The position numbers and the translations under genes are program-made. Below the pieces are notes generated by a model. It saw nothing but the letters and a program-made list of their open reading frames with translations, had not been told where the DNA came from and made no database searches. A stretch of DNA of 64,000 bases from assembly GCA_951406725.2 (NCBI GenBank), contig OX597820.1, positions 62,868,001 through 62,932,000 of the forward strand. Reading direction: 5' to 3'. Positions 12,975 through 25,177 of this stretch are shown here, piece after piece. The stretch comes from Octopus vulgaris (taxonomy: Eukaryota). Every line of letters starts with the position of its first letter. The stretch's first letter is position 1.

Positions 12975-14015
12975 AGTATCTTTTAGACAAATTGAGACCA
13001 AATTTGCGCAGCTGACTTTGTGGGCTTAACATTTTATTTTTTTTAGAAAGCCTTGCATACTTGAAAATTAAATCTTCTTCTTTATATTTCTTGTAAATAT
13101 CGAACTGTTTCGACAATAGAAAGTCATGGAACAACACAATCGTTCCACCAGTGTAGTTTCGGGGCGTGCCGGCCATACTGCCAATAAAATTGTTAAGTTG
13201 TCGAAACTTCCAAAAGGAACAGTTCATCGTGTTGTGTATAAACAATTTAAAGAAGAGGAAAAGATTGATAAAAAAAGTATTCAAGATTCGAAGTGATTAC
13301 AAGCGCAATCCAAAGGTACTCGCTGTCCTCAAACGTCCGACTGGAGCCAAACCATCTACATCCAGATCCATTAGAACTCTTGCAAAGGAATGGAATATGT
13401 CCCTTTCCACGGTGTGAGAATCCAGCCTCTGTGATGGTATTTGGAACCATGGCTAGCGATAGAAGTGTCATGGATCCACATTTCATTGAGTCTGGCTTAA
13501 AGATCGACACAAAGGAGCATCTCGACATCCTGAAGAAATCTCTGTTACTTTCGGTGGAGCAAAGGTTTGGGTTTGGCAATGCGTTGCTTATTCAGAATTC
13601 TACACCATGCCATGGGTCAAAAGCATCACAGGCCTTCCTTGGTGAGAAGGTGCTATTTTTGTGAGGGCCAAACTCTGGACCAGTAATATCCCAGACCTCT
13701 CTTTTCTCGATTAAATTTTATGGGACGTACTTCAAGCAAGGACCAATGCTTCACCACACACGAGTGTCAACAGTTTGAAAACATGCGTCGTGGGTACGAC
13801 ACGAAGAATCAAAAAGTTGGAGATTGCGGCAGCTGCCAAAAAATTTCGTTATCGTGTGGAGGCTGTAAGTGCCACAAATTGGCGGTCATATTGAGAGATA
13901 AAATGCTTTTGTTGTAATAAATGTTACACTAAAATTACCTGTGTCTGCCACCATTATTTTAGTATTTATAACCAGTTTTATGCACCGTAAAACTTGTCTC
14001 AATTTACCTGCAAGT
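12975..14015 (+). mobile_element. Degenerate Tc1/mariner DNA transposon, DD37D (maT-like)
   Basis: HTH-like SIRTLAKEWNMSLSTV, then PASVMVFG...HFIESGLKIDTKEHLDIL...IQNSTPCHGS and, after a 1-nt frameshift, LWTSNIPDLSFLD (WPxxSPDLNPLD). About 37 residues separate the second and third catalytic positions. Imperfect TIR core aaattgagac/gtctcaattt near 12988 and 13997. Confidence 0.75.
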
Positions 14016-14712
14016 CAATGTTGATTAATATTTTGATAGATGTTCAATCAGATCTAATGGCTCGAGCATACGAATAGAAATGTGTAGACATACTTAATTT
14101 TAAAGCGCTATTTATATGGACAATAATATTTCTCTTAGTGTTAATATGTTTAATGCAACTAGCAATACTATGAATGGTAGGTATGATTTGTTGTGCGTTT
14201 TAACATCACTATATTTAACATGTTTGCCTTTCTCACTATCTGTTCTTCTCCAAGCATTCAAATTAATTTCTCGGCTGCATATTTTCTTCGTCATTGTTCT
14301 TCCACCCACCCCAGAGAGATCAAAAGTGCTGCCCTTAGTTCTCTTATGAAATACAAGTAGCTTATCGAATCCATAATTTAAAGCACTACCAGCTGAAAAC
14401 TCATAAATTTGAAATATGACGCTGCAAGGGCTCCCTGACAATGACAGATATATAAGAAAGACATACTCCGAATAAATATTAATGTCTATTTGGCACCAGG
14501 AACGGAAGGAAAGAAGTATGACAGGCTTGAAGCTTTTCAGTATTTTGTCAAAATGCTTTAAATGACAAAAGCTCAGCACAGTCTAAAACAAAAAGAAAGC
14601 TATCATTTTCAACTTAAAAAGCGAGGAGGGGGAGGAGTGATATAGAAAAATAGATAGCTAGAGAGAGAAAATAAGATTGCGAGATAGCTATATATATATA
14701 CACACACATATA

Positions 14713-14744
<32 letters not shown>

Positions 14745-15321
14745 CATGCATGTAAAACGCAATTTCTCTCCGTCTGTCTGTCTGTTACAATGATAGTGCT
14801 TAAATCAGCGAAACAATATTCTTGAAACATTCCATATATGTTGCACTGACAAATAGAATTTGCCCCTCCCCCAAGACAATGGATGAATTATATGATAAAA
14901 TGAGAAGGCTGCTAAAAGCTTGAGTCTGAGGGAAACTTAGTAACAGAGAGAGAGAGTGACATATCAGTGACGAAGAGAAATGCAGTGGAAATGGGACGAA
15001 AACGTTGCTACAGCTGTCATATACACGCGACGCTGTATACATACTTTTGTAAATACATAGAAAGAGCACACACACACGCGCGCGTCTACAAACAGTGGGG
15101 CGTGTGAAGAATAAGTCACTTTAAGGAGAGAGAGGCTAGGTGATTTTTTTGCTGTCCCTCGCAAAGAAACTCTCACACACATACATACACATATATACAT
15201 ACATATATATATATACATATATACATATATATATACATACATACATATATACATACACATACCTACTATTCACCCTTTTAAACTCGTGATTACCTGTTTA
15301 AAAATATGTCAGTGTGTTTTT

Positions 15322-15382
<61 letters not shown>

Positions 15383-15599
15383 CCTATTGATGTCTGTCCA
15401 CTTTTGTCGGGTCTTCTGTGTTGCTGCAACATATTGTGAGAATTTTAAAATTACGTCAAAATTTCCAAACTTGTTATATTGTAATATTTCTCCACGTCAT
15501 ATCCGATTTTGTTATATTTTTGTACCAGAAAAGTTGCAGCAAATCGTTGCTGATGTTTAAAGTTTAACCAATTTTACTTAATCACAAAACAGGATTTGG

Positions 15600-16229
15600 G
15601 AGAAAATCCATCATCACTACTTCGCGCTGGTCCCAAAATCTGTGAGTATCACTCTGCCTGCTGACGGCTGGACACTAGCCTTGTATGGGTATGGTGATTT
15701 ATTATGCTTCCATTGTTTCCACTGGACTTTAGTCTCGAGATCATTTTGGTGAACCAATCCTGTGTGATAAATCTTCCAAAAATGACCTCGTTTTCTTAGC
15801 ACATTGCCCAAAATGCCTAGAAGCAATTGACTTATTCCTGCTTCTGAAAAGGTGTGAGAGTCTGGAGAATCGATCGTGCTGACAAGTTCCACATGTGCAA
15901 ATGGTCCGGAAGGATTTTTTTTCCACGGACCCTACATCTATCTTCGCTTCTTGGGCTAATTTCCGATTAGTTATACGGTGATCCTCCAAAATAACAGCTT
16001 CTAATTTATGAGTGATGTCTTCATCAATGGCCGAATTTGGTCGTCCAGGAATAGGGGCAGTTTCCACCGATGTTCCACCACATTTGAACTGGCGATGCCA
16101 GTGCTTAACCACATTTTATGATGATGTATCCCGTCCACAAACTTCCTTCATTTCATCGAAAGTCTCTTTTGGTGTATGACATTTCAAGTATAAGAAGCTA
16201 CTCACTGTTCTGCGTTCAACTGCCTCCAT
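15600..16229 (-). mobile_element. Degenerate mariner transposase, N-terminal half
   Basis: MEAVERRTVSSFLYLK...VKHWHRQFKCGGTSVETAPIPGRP...ILEDHRITNRKLAQE...SAR...RFITQD, with stops and frameshifts; bipartite HTH and GRP motif typical of mariner. Confidence 0.85.
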
Positions 16230-16383
16230 TATAATACCTTAGTCCACTTCAGTAGCCGTAAAAGACAAACGAAACCCAGTAGAAACCTGCAATTTACAAT
16301 GTGACATGTAGAGACATGTATGATTATTTCTCTATAAGTTCTATTTCCTGCAATAAAGGGGAAAGGGTTAGAGGAATCTTTAA

Positions 16384-16419
<36 letters not shown>

Positions 16420-17333
16420 CTTGCTAAATAAATTAATGTTTCTATTAGTTACTTGTAATTCAATATTATAGCTTGTAAAGGTGATATATTAATGAGTATG
16501 TAGTGTTTTATTATTAACTTTTAATTGATGAAATAAAGTATTTCACACATAATTATTATATTATTAGTTAGATTAATTTCATTCATGTTTGTTTTGTTTT
16601 GGAGAAATTTATATAAAACTTTAACTTTTATATTATACTAGTAACTATGGACGACTGGTGGGATTATTATTTGTATGGACTTAAAGATTGGTTGCGATTT
16701 AGCAAATAATTTAGTTATTGGAATTAATACCGATGCAATGTACATTGGTCTATTTTTCTTTGTTGTAGTTTTATAAAAGTTTGTGTTTAATCCTGCTTAT
16801 AAATTGATTCATTAAAAGACTGGGTTATCAAGCTTTCACTTTTTTATACAATGAAAGACGGTAGAGATTATAAGCTTTGTATGACTTGATGGATTGGTCG
16901 CTGTTTAGTTACGTATTTAGGAGTTAGATGTAATTTACTTATTGAATTTATTTACCGATACGGTTGTACATAGGTAAATGCGTTTGAAAGTTGTTGTTTC
17001 CTTGGTTTGTTTGTTCCCAAACAACACTTATTTTAGTGCTGTTGATACCGCCGGATTGAATGGTGCTGCCCAGGTGTCGAAAACATAATGATATCCGTGG
17101 TTCAGCTGATGATGGAGGTATGCTGGATTGTTGGTATGGTTGTTTTGTATATGTGGAATAGTATTATAACACATCCTTCTGATATATATATATATGTATA
17201 TATATATATCTTATGTATTGGCTTAAGTTTTTCATTGTTTGATTTGCCTAATAGTGGTTTTATCTCTAATTTAATATAATATGTATATATGTATATATGT
17301 ATATATGTATATGTGTGTGTGTGTGTTTGCATA

Positions 17334-17448
17334 TACGAGGGGTTCTCCAAAAGAAACGGGTACTTTGCAATGTCGTTTAATCACTTAGCATTACATGCAT
17401 GTTTACACTTGTATGGCCTTCAAAGTATCTTCCATTAGAATCACTGCA
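17334..17448 (-). mobile_element. Mariner 3' end fragment with TIR
   Basis: TACGAGGGG...aaaag terminus typical of mariner TIRs; the minus strand encodes the terminal YFEG motif. Confidence 0.55.
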
Positions 17449-17449
17449 A

Positions 17450-17785
17450 AACAAAAACGCACCTCGTGGCTGTAAGGCCCCGCCTGATGACGCTGGTCGG
17501 AAGATTTGATGCCTGAGGAGAGGCTAGCGGTGGAAGCCTGAACTACAACGGTCTCGTCCCCTCAGATAACGTTTCCGGTTACGCTTGTGAACCCCAGTCT
17601 TCGCCATGATAGATCGTTAGCCACTACACACATTTTTTTCTCTCCTTGTTTTCTATGTCCCTTTCTGTAGAAGAGCGTAGGCTCGAAACGTAAAAGACTT
17701 TTCCTATTCCTGAGCGTTATACTAATGCATCTGTTTGTTTTGTACACCACCTGTCTTCGTCTTTTGCTGTTTTTTCGTAAACTCT

Positions 17786-17790
<5 letters not shown>
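17450..17790 (+). mobile_element. Penelope-like terminal-repeat fragment with hammerhead-like motifs
   Basis: 17610-17788 is homologous to 54762-54947; both contain ctttctgt(a/g)gaagagcgtaggctcgaaacgt and end directly at (TA)n. Confidence 0.6.
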
Positions 17791-17870
<80 letters not shown>

Positions 17871-18689
17871 CTATTTATCAATTTGTCGATCAGTGAATTC
17901 CAACATATTTTATTCGTCCTGTTATCATTTTGAAAAAAGATTGTAATTTTAAACATAAATTTTTAAACCTATTACTGCCAATAAAATTGCATTTTATTTG
18001 GATTCCGTTTCCTTTTTGGGATTTCATGTTTTTCTTTCTCCGTTAAGATAAACCAGTCCCCGATTTTATCTTTCCAATGAAAACATAATCCAACGGATAG
18101 GGACGTCAAGATGATTCCTCACTTTTAAGGCGGAGATGGGACCATGGCGAAGAAGGGACAAATCAAGTTGGATATTTCGTTGAAAGCTTGTTTGCTTTTT
18201 CTAGGAGATATCAAAATGGATCTTAGGCAAGAAGGTTAGCAACGGAGGGGGCAATAGTTGTGACGTATAGATGTAAATTGTAACTTTGAAATGTGGTTGT
18301 TGTCAGAGAAATCTGTTGCGTTGTGTGTATCTCTAGCGCAAAGATATACACATTTTATTCTGAAATATGTATGCGTGAGCGTGTGCCAACGTGGATGAGT
18401 GTGAATGTGTGCGTGTAAGTGTCTGTGCGTAGGAGTAAATGTCAGTAAGTGAGTGTGAGTGTGTACATGTGTGTGTGTGTGTGTGTGTGTATGTATAAAT
18501 TTATAATTACTGTTTATACTCATTACTTTTTCCGTATGGTTGCATATTACAACACATAATTATATAGCTGTATATTCTTAAGTGTGTATCATCTCTCTCT
18601 CCTTCGCTGCCTGTCTGTCTGCCAGTCTGTTTGTCTGTCTGTCTGTTTATCTGCCTGCCTCTCTCTCTCTCATCACCCTCTCTCTCTCT

Positions 18690-19135
<446 letters not shown>

Positions 19136-19469
19136 AGAGAACTAGATATCTTCAACTGATATCAAACTGATCAATCAAACCTACAAATACGTTAGGATTA
19201 TCAACCGTCATGAACAGTTGAAGTAATAAGCTAAAATAAAACGATGTCTTATTGGAGTCACATTTGCGAATGGCGGAACGGATTTGCCCAAGGACAAACT
19301 TCTCTTCTTGCTATCAATGTTTCGTCGTTTCTGCATTTATACTTATCTTCATAGTTGTTGTTGATATTGTTGTTGTTGCCATTGTTGTTGCAGCTGTAGT
19401 CGTCGTTTTTGTTGTAGTTTTCTTCTTCTTATTTCTTCGTGTTCTTGTATTTCTACTTCTCGTTCTCGT

Positions 19470-19806
19470 CCTTCATTTTCTTCCTCTTCTTCTTCTTCTT
19501 CTTCTTCTTCTTCTTCTTCTTCTTCTTCTTCTTCCCCTCCTTCATCATTTTCTTCTTCTTCTTCTTCTTCTTCATTTTCTTCTTCTTCTTCTTCTTTTTC
19601 TTCTTTTTCTTCTTCTTTTTCCTCTTCTTCATTTTCTTCTTCTCCTCCTTCTTTTTCTTCTTCTTCTTCTCTTTCTTTTTCTTTTTCTTCTTCTTCTTTT
19701 TCTTCTTCTTCTTCTTCTTCTTCTTCTTCTTCTTCTTCTTCTTCTCCTTCTTCTTCTCCTTCTTCTTCTCCTTCTTCTCCTCCCCCTTCTTCTCCTTCAT
19801 CTTCTT
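19470..19806. repeat. (CTT)n/(CTC)n polypyrimidine microsatellite
   Basis: Directly visible. Confidence 0.95.
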
Positions 19807-20409
19807 GGTTGTTGTAGCGGCGATAGCAGTAGTCGTAATGATCGCCATCTTATGGGGTTTTTTTCCATCTTGATGTTGTTATAGTTATGTAAATTTATCG
19901 TCGTCATGTTAATAACCTTATTTTGCTGCCTTCGATCATCACTATAATCATTATTAATCACCACTGTTATCAATGCGAAAACGAGCAACAGCATTAGCGC
20001 CACCACCACACCATTACTGCCACCACCACCACCACCACCACCACCACAACCAACACAACTAAGGCCATCACTTTCACCGCCACTAACACCACCACTGCCA
20101 CCGCAACCAAGTCTTCTTTGTACCCACCCTCTCTCTTTAGCATAACAAAAACGGAATGAAGTCCGGACTTTGTAATATTCATTACATTTCTTGATATACT
20201 GTGTTCAAATCCCAATAAAATTTCATTTTCACTCCTTGGCATTTCTTCCATGCGAGATGAAGCGTTCGATATCAAAATCTGCAGATTTTGATATCGCTAA
20301 GAAGTGAACATACTGTAAAATTTAGTTCAGCGCTTATAACAATCTGAGTTGAAATTCAAAGAGTATTAATATGGACTTTCGTCAAGATACTCCAAGCGCC
20401 GTCGTAGTC

Positions 20410-21080
20410 GCAGTGGTGTCTTTGTTTTAGTGGAGATCCTGGCTGTGATGGTGGTCGTGGCTGTATTGGTGATCGTGGCTGTGGTGGTGGTCTTGGCTGT
20501 GGTGGTATTCGTGGCTGTGGTGGTATTCGTGGCTGTGGTGGTGGTCGTGGCTGTGGTTGTGATTGTAGCTGTGGTGGTGGTTATGGCTGTGATCGTTGTT
20601 GTGGCTGTGGTGGTGGTCATGGATGTGGTAGTCGTTTTGACTGTGGTGGTGGTCGTGGCTGTGATGATGCTCGCGGCTGTAGTGCTCGTCGTGGCTATGG
20701 TGGTGTTGGCTGTGGTGGTAGTTGCAGCTGTTGTGGGCGTCGTAGCTGTAGAGGTGGTTGTGGCTGTAGTGATGGTCGTGGCTGTGATAGTCATCATGAC
20801 TGTGGTAGTTGATGTGAGTGTGATACTCTCATGCCTGTGTTGGTGGCCGTGGCTGTGATAGTGGTCACGGCTGTGGTAGTCGTTGTCAGTGTGATGGTGG
20901 TCTTGGCTGTGGTGTGGTCCTGACGGTGGGAGTCGACGTGACTATGGTGGTGGTCGTGGCTATGTTAGTAATTGTGGCTGTGGTGGTTGTCTTTAGTTGT
21001 GGTGGTCGTCGTATCTGCCTTGGTCGTCGTGACTGGTGGTCGTCGAGGTTGTGGTGATGGCCGTCGCTGCGGTGGACGTC
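20410..21080. repeat. Degenerate GTG-rich minisatellite (unit about GTGGCTGTGGTGGTGGTC)
   Basis: Recurrent gtggctgtg motif with roughly 18-nt periodicity. Confidence 0.85.
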
Positions 21081-21169
21081 TTTTGCATTAGCAGTGCAAA
21101 CATATTCACCTTCATACTCGTATCATGGCCGTTGACGTCGTCATCGTCGACGAGTTCACCGAGTTACGA

Positions 21170-21345
21170 AAGCGTACTGGAAATTTCTAGGCTTTAAGGG
21201 TGTCACGAGAGACCTGGATGGAGGCCCAAATCTTGGAGTTTTTTGCGGGGCCTTGAAAAATTGAAGGGGCGCTACAATAAAAGTATGAATTTGAGAGGGG
21301 AATATGTTGAATAAAAAATCTTAATTAACTGATTCTCCCGTATCT
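21170..21345 (+). mobile_element. Mariner-derived MITE-like fragment
   Basis: Homologous to 33140-33290 (ggctttaagggt...tggaggccca...gggaatatgttgaat...taattaactga); GEYVE-stop is a mariner C-terminus. Confidence 0.6.
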
Positions 21346-22115
21346 TCTTTTACTCAAAGCGAGGAAATATTTCATCAAACTCTCGAATTTATTGTCATTT
21401 TACTGGAAAGTTAAGCAGCAATATGTTGAGAAAGAAAAGAATTCTTCCAATGCCAGAAATGAAGCCAAAAATTTCTAAATTTCATTTTAGTTACCAGAAC
21501 TTCAAATTATTAATATTTCCAACCTGGGAGTTATGCACTCACATATTGCTGATAACAATTTACCTTATTTTTTAGAAGTGTGGTGTGGGTAAAATAAGCA
21601 ACAGTAAAAACAATGTGTAACACAAATCACTTATGTTACTCTTTAAATAACCATGCATGACTTTTGGAAAAAGTTTTAAAAATCTATTTGCTAGTTATTT
21701 GGTTTCTGTCTTTACGCTATTCTTTTGTTTTAAGTTTTTTTTTTTTTTGTCTAGATAGATTCCGATAACGCAGATTCACCTATTGCAAAATAGAAGAAGC
21801 CGGAAATGATCATTCAATCTCATCCTAGAGTAATTAAAAAATATGTATATATAAATGTGTATATATATACACATACACACATACATGCTTACATAAAGAC
21901 AGATACACGCTCATAGAAACAGGCACGCACACACACATACAAACACAGGTATGGTAACGGAGACACGAAAAATAGAATTCCGCTTATGGATACATGTATA
22001 TCTTTATACATATTTAGAAGAAGCCCCAGAGTGACACTTGGGCTGAGTGTTTCGTGCGTTGGAACTTATCAAAATTGATAATAATATTATTATTAATAAT
22101 AATAATAATAATAAT

Positions 22116-22169
<54 letters not shown>

Positions 22170-23122
22170 CATGATTGACAATTAACAAGGAACTACACCC
22201 CCAAAGCGATGCTGACACACTCTATGGGCCTAGAAACAGGGGAGGAAGAGGTTCCGTAGGATGCAAGATCTTTGCTGTTAACGAGAAGATCAGTCTGGGA
22301 TGTAAATCAAACAGCAGAGTGAATCCTTGCTTATCGCTGTTACAATTAATAATATAATACATATCGAAAATGTGATGCACCCACAAAAATTTAGCAAACA
22401 AGATGAAGGAAAAAGAGTAAACAACTGGAAAAGAAAACCACTGCATGGGCAATATCTCTGAGAAATCGAAGGAAAAGACAAGATCAATGCTTGCAGATCG
22501 CTAGGAAAAAGTGATCTGAAAGGATGCACTGAGGCATCGATATGAAGCGCCCAGGAACAAGCTCTGAGAACCAATTACACCAAGTTCCAAATAGATAAGA
22601 GTAGGGAATCGTCCCTTACAAGGATGTGTGGCTGCAGAAACAAACAATCTCACATACTGTGAGCGAATGTAGCAAGCTGGCCCAAAAGCATTACAAAAGG
22701 AAGCATGATAACGTGGCTAAGTTCGTCCACTGGAGGATGTGTGGAAAGTGCGGCCTGAACGGAAAACGGAAATGGTATGAACTTGAACCAGATGGAGTCA
22801 TCGAGAACAAGGAACATAAAATACTGTTGGATTTTACAATTCAAAGTGACTCCCTGATCGAGGCTCAGAGATCAGATTTTGTGGTAGATAAAGGATAAAA
22901 GGAAACCAATTTCATAGATATTGAAAACTTGGAGATGCACGTACAAGTGACAAAGTACCAGAAAGATTGAAAAATAGAGACTACTAAAACACGAAATTGC
23001 AATTATGGGGACTAGGAGGAGAGAGTCTGTCATTCCAGTAGTCGTACGGGCACTCGGAGCAGTAACAAACAAGTTCGAGAAATAAGTCAGAGAAATCGGA
23101 ATCGACATGAGAGCAGAGCAGC
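22170..23122 (+). mobile_element. Degenerate 3' part of an R4/Dong-type LINE
   Basis: LHPQSDADTLYGPRNRGGRG, AQEQALRTN, TISHTVSECSKLAQKHYKRKHDNVA...HW...WYELEP...ENKEHKILLDF...IPVVVRALG, collinear with the 56385 ORF; begins at (TAA)n. Confidence 0.85.
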
Positions 23123-23127
23123 ACCCA

Positions 23128-23223
23128 CCCCAAAGGATGAAAGTCAAAGTCGACCTCGTAGAGACAGGCGAAATACTGCTAAGCCTTTCGTCCAGCGCAC
23201 TAACGATTCTTTCAGCTCGCCGC

Positions 23224-23224
<1 letters not shown>
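23128..23224 (-). mobile_element. SINE family C fragment inserted in the LINE
   Basis: aaaggatgaaagtcaaagtcgacctc...gcactaacgattctttcagctcgccgc matches 53990-54105. Confidence 0.75.
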
Positions 23225-23258
<34 letters not shown>

Positions 23259-23292
23259 ACTAAAATAATACCTGTTGTCAGAGGTTCCCTAG

Positions 23293-23665
23293 GGACTAAA
23301 ACAATACCTGTTGTCATTGGTGCTCTTGGAATGATATCAAAAAGGGTTGATTGCTACCTAGCACAGATACCAGGAAACCATAAAATGGCAGAAATTCAAA
23401 CGATAGTGTGCATGGGAACTGTCCATAGCCTACGTAAGATACTGTCTATGTAATCTCAAATTTTAAAACAAACTTATAATTTTCTTATGTTTTCTTAAAC
23501 ATTCTCTAGAACAATACTATGTGCAAAACCAAATATATGGCACCCTAGGCATAACACTAACATGAACTTCTAACTTGTTGTCTCTTGAGGTCTCTGGGTG
23601 AGACTTGGAGCCAACTTCTAAAAATACAAAGCAAAGGTGAAACGTAAAATAAAGTCAAAATATAG
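23293..23665 (+). mobile_element. Second R4/Dong-type 3' end (RLE C-terminus plus 3' UTR)
   Basis: TKTIPVVIGALGMISKG...IPG...EIQTIVCMGTVHSLRKILSM-stop aligns with the end of the 56385 ORF; flanked by (TAA)n on both sides. Confidence 0.85.
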
Positions 23666-23690
23666 TAATGATAATAATAATAATAATAAT

Positions 23691-23739
<49 letters not shown>

Positions 23740-23794
23740 TTAATAATAATAACAATAATAATGACGATGATGAGGATAGGATAAGGAGGAGGAA

Positions 23795-24095
23795 ACCACC
23801 TTCGGTCATGAATGACCATGGGATTGCACCTAGAAAGTTACCTTCCGATGCATGAATCCGGGCAAAGTAAGGCTGTTTGTGGAAGGCCTGCAGTCGCCCA
23901 TGCATATCAGCCTCCTCTCTTCACACCACTGATGTTATCCAAGGGGAAGGCAAAGGCCGATACAATTTGGCATCAGTGATATTGCAACTCATTTCTACAG
24001 CTGAGTTAACTGAAGCAACGTGAAATAAAGTGTCTTGTTCAAGAACACAACACGCAGCCCGGTCCGGGAATCTAACTCACAACCTTACGATCATA
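23795..24095 (-). mobile_element. CORE-type tRNA SINE family B
   Basis: Minus strand has a tRNA-like head, then gtgttgtgttcttgaacaagacactttatttcacgttgcttcagttaactcagctgtagaaatg (CORE-like domain); matches 30345 and 63790. Confidence 0.85.
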
Positions 24096-24687
24096 AGCTG
24101 ATCTCTCCTGTTCGAATGTTGTAATGCACGCATTTGTATGTGTCAAATACATAGCTAGAGGCAATGGCCTCTTGGAGCTAATCAACGGCAGCATTCGTCC
24201 TATTTTCTTGGACTGCTATTTTAGCTTGGCGATAACTATTAATATCCAGCACTGCTGCCGTAGTTTCCTTTAGAGGTATTTAGAAATATTAATATTTCTA
24301 TTATATATATACACGTTTTTATCCGAGGGAAGGCAATGCGAGCAACAACCACAGGAACATCAGAAAATCCACACAATGACCAAACACATACAAATCTTCA
24401 TATACTCATTTATATCTATAAAGCCCGACATTTAAAAATTTAAAAATTTAGTAATATATAAATATATCATATAATAATATAAATTTTGCATATAACACCT
24501 TGAATTTACGCTTAAAACATTTAGTATAAATTTGTTACAATAAGAGAAATAAATATAATAATAATAATAAATAAAAATAAAGCATACAAGGCATATTAAA
24601 AGACGGATTAAAATTCTAGCGAAATGTACGTAGAAGATAATAATTATACAAGTTTACAAAAATATAAGTTTACAAAGATACACAGAA

Positions 24688-24778
24688 GTCCATCTACGGG
24701 CCGTTTCGGCGACGCGCCAATTGATATTATTAGACGTATCATATACTTAAAATTGGTACTCCCCTCATCAGGATGTCC
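24688..24778 (-). ncRNA. Type I hammerhead ribozyme
   Basis: Minus strand: CATC-CTGATGA-GG...CCAATT...AATTGG...CC-GAA-ACGG-C-CCGT-A-GATG. Complete core, stem I CATC/GATG, long stem II, short stem III, GUA cleavage triplet. Confidence 0.8.
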
Positions 24779-25177
24779 TATACATACAACATATAGTAAA
24801 CGTAAACAAATACACAATCACATACCGGCCATATTCAGAACCGAGACATTAGGTACTACCAGAAATTTTTCTCCGATCCTGAATGCTACTTTATACGCAT
24901 ATAATTCGACCCAGCAGCCATTGTAAATGGTATGCACGCAGCGCAATCTGGATCATTTCACTTCTGCACTTATTTTATTTTATTTTATTTTATTTCAATC
25001 TTTTAAATTACCACATACATGCAAAGCCACATATTCGAGTTCAAGTCCTTGACACATTTTATACTAATAGATATTTTTTTTAATGATTTTTTCTTTTAAT
25101 AATTACATTACTTTAGTTTTATTTCATTTACTACTTACTATGCTTACTAAATTTAATTCAATTGTTATTGCTTAGCT

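Noticed and set aside
14950-15130. CpG-containing segment with E-box, forkhead-like and GC-box-like words
   Set aside because: Short motifs occur by chance, and no associated exon was found.
17030-17130. CTGTTGA...GAAA and CTGATGA motifs
   Set aside because: No consistent stem I or stem III, and no clear cleavage triplet.
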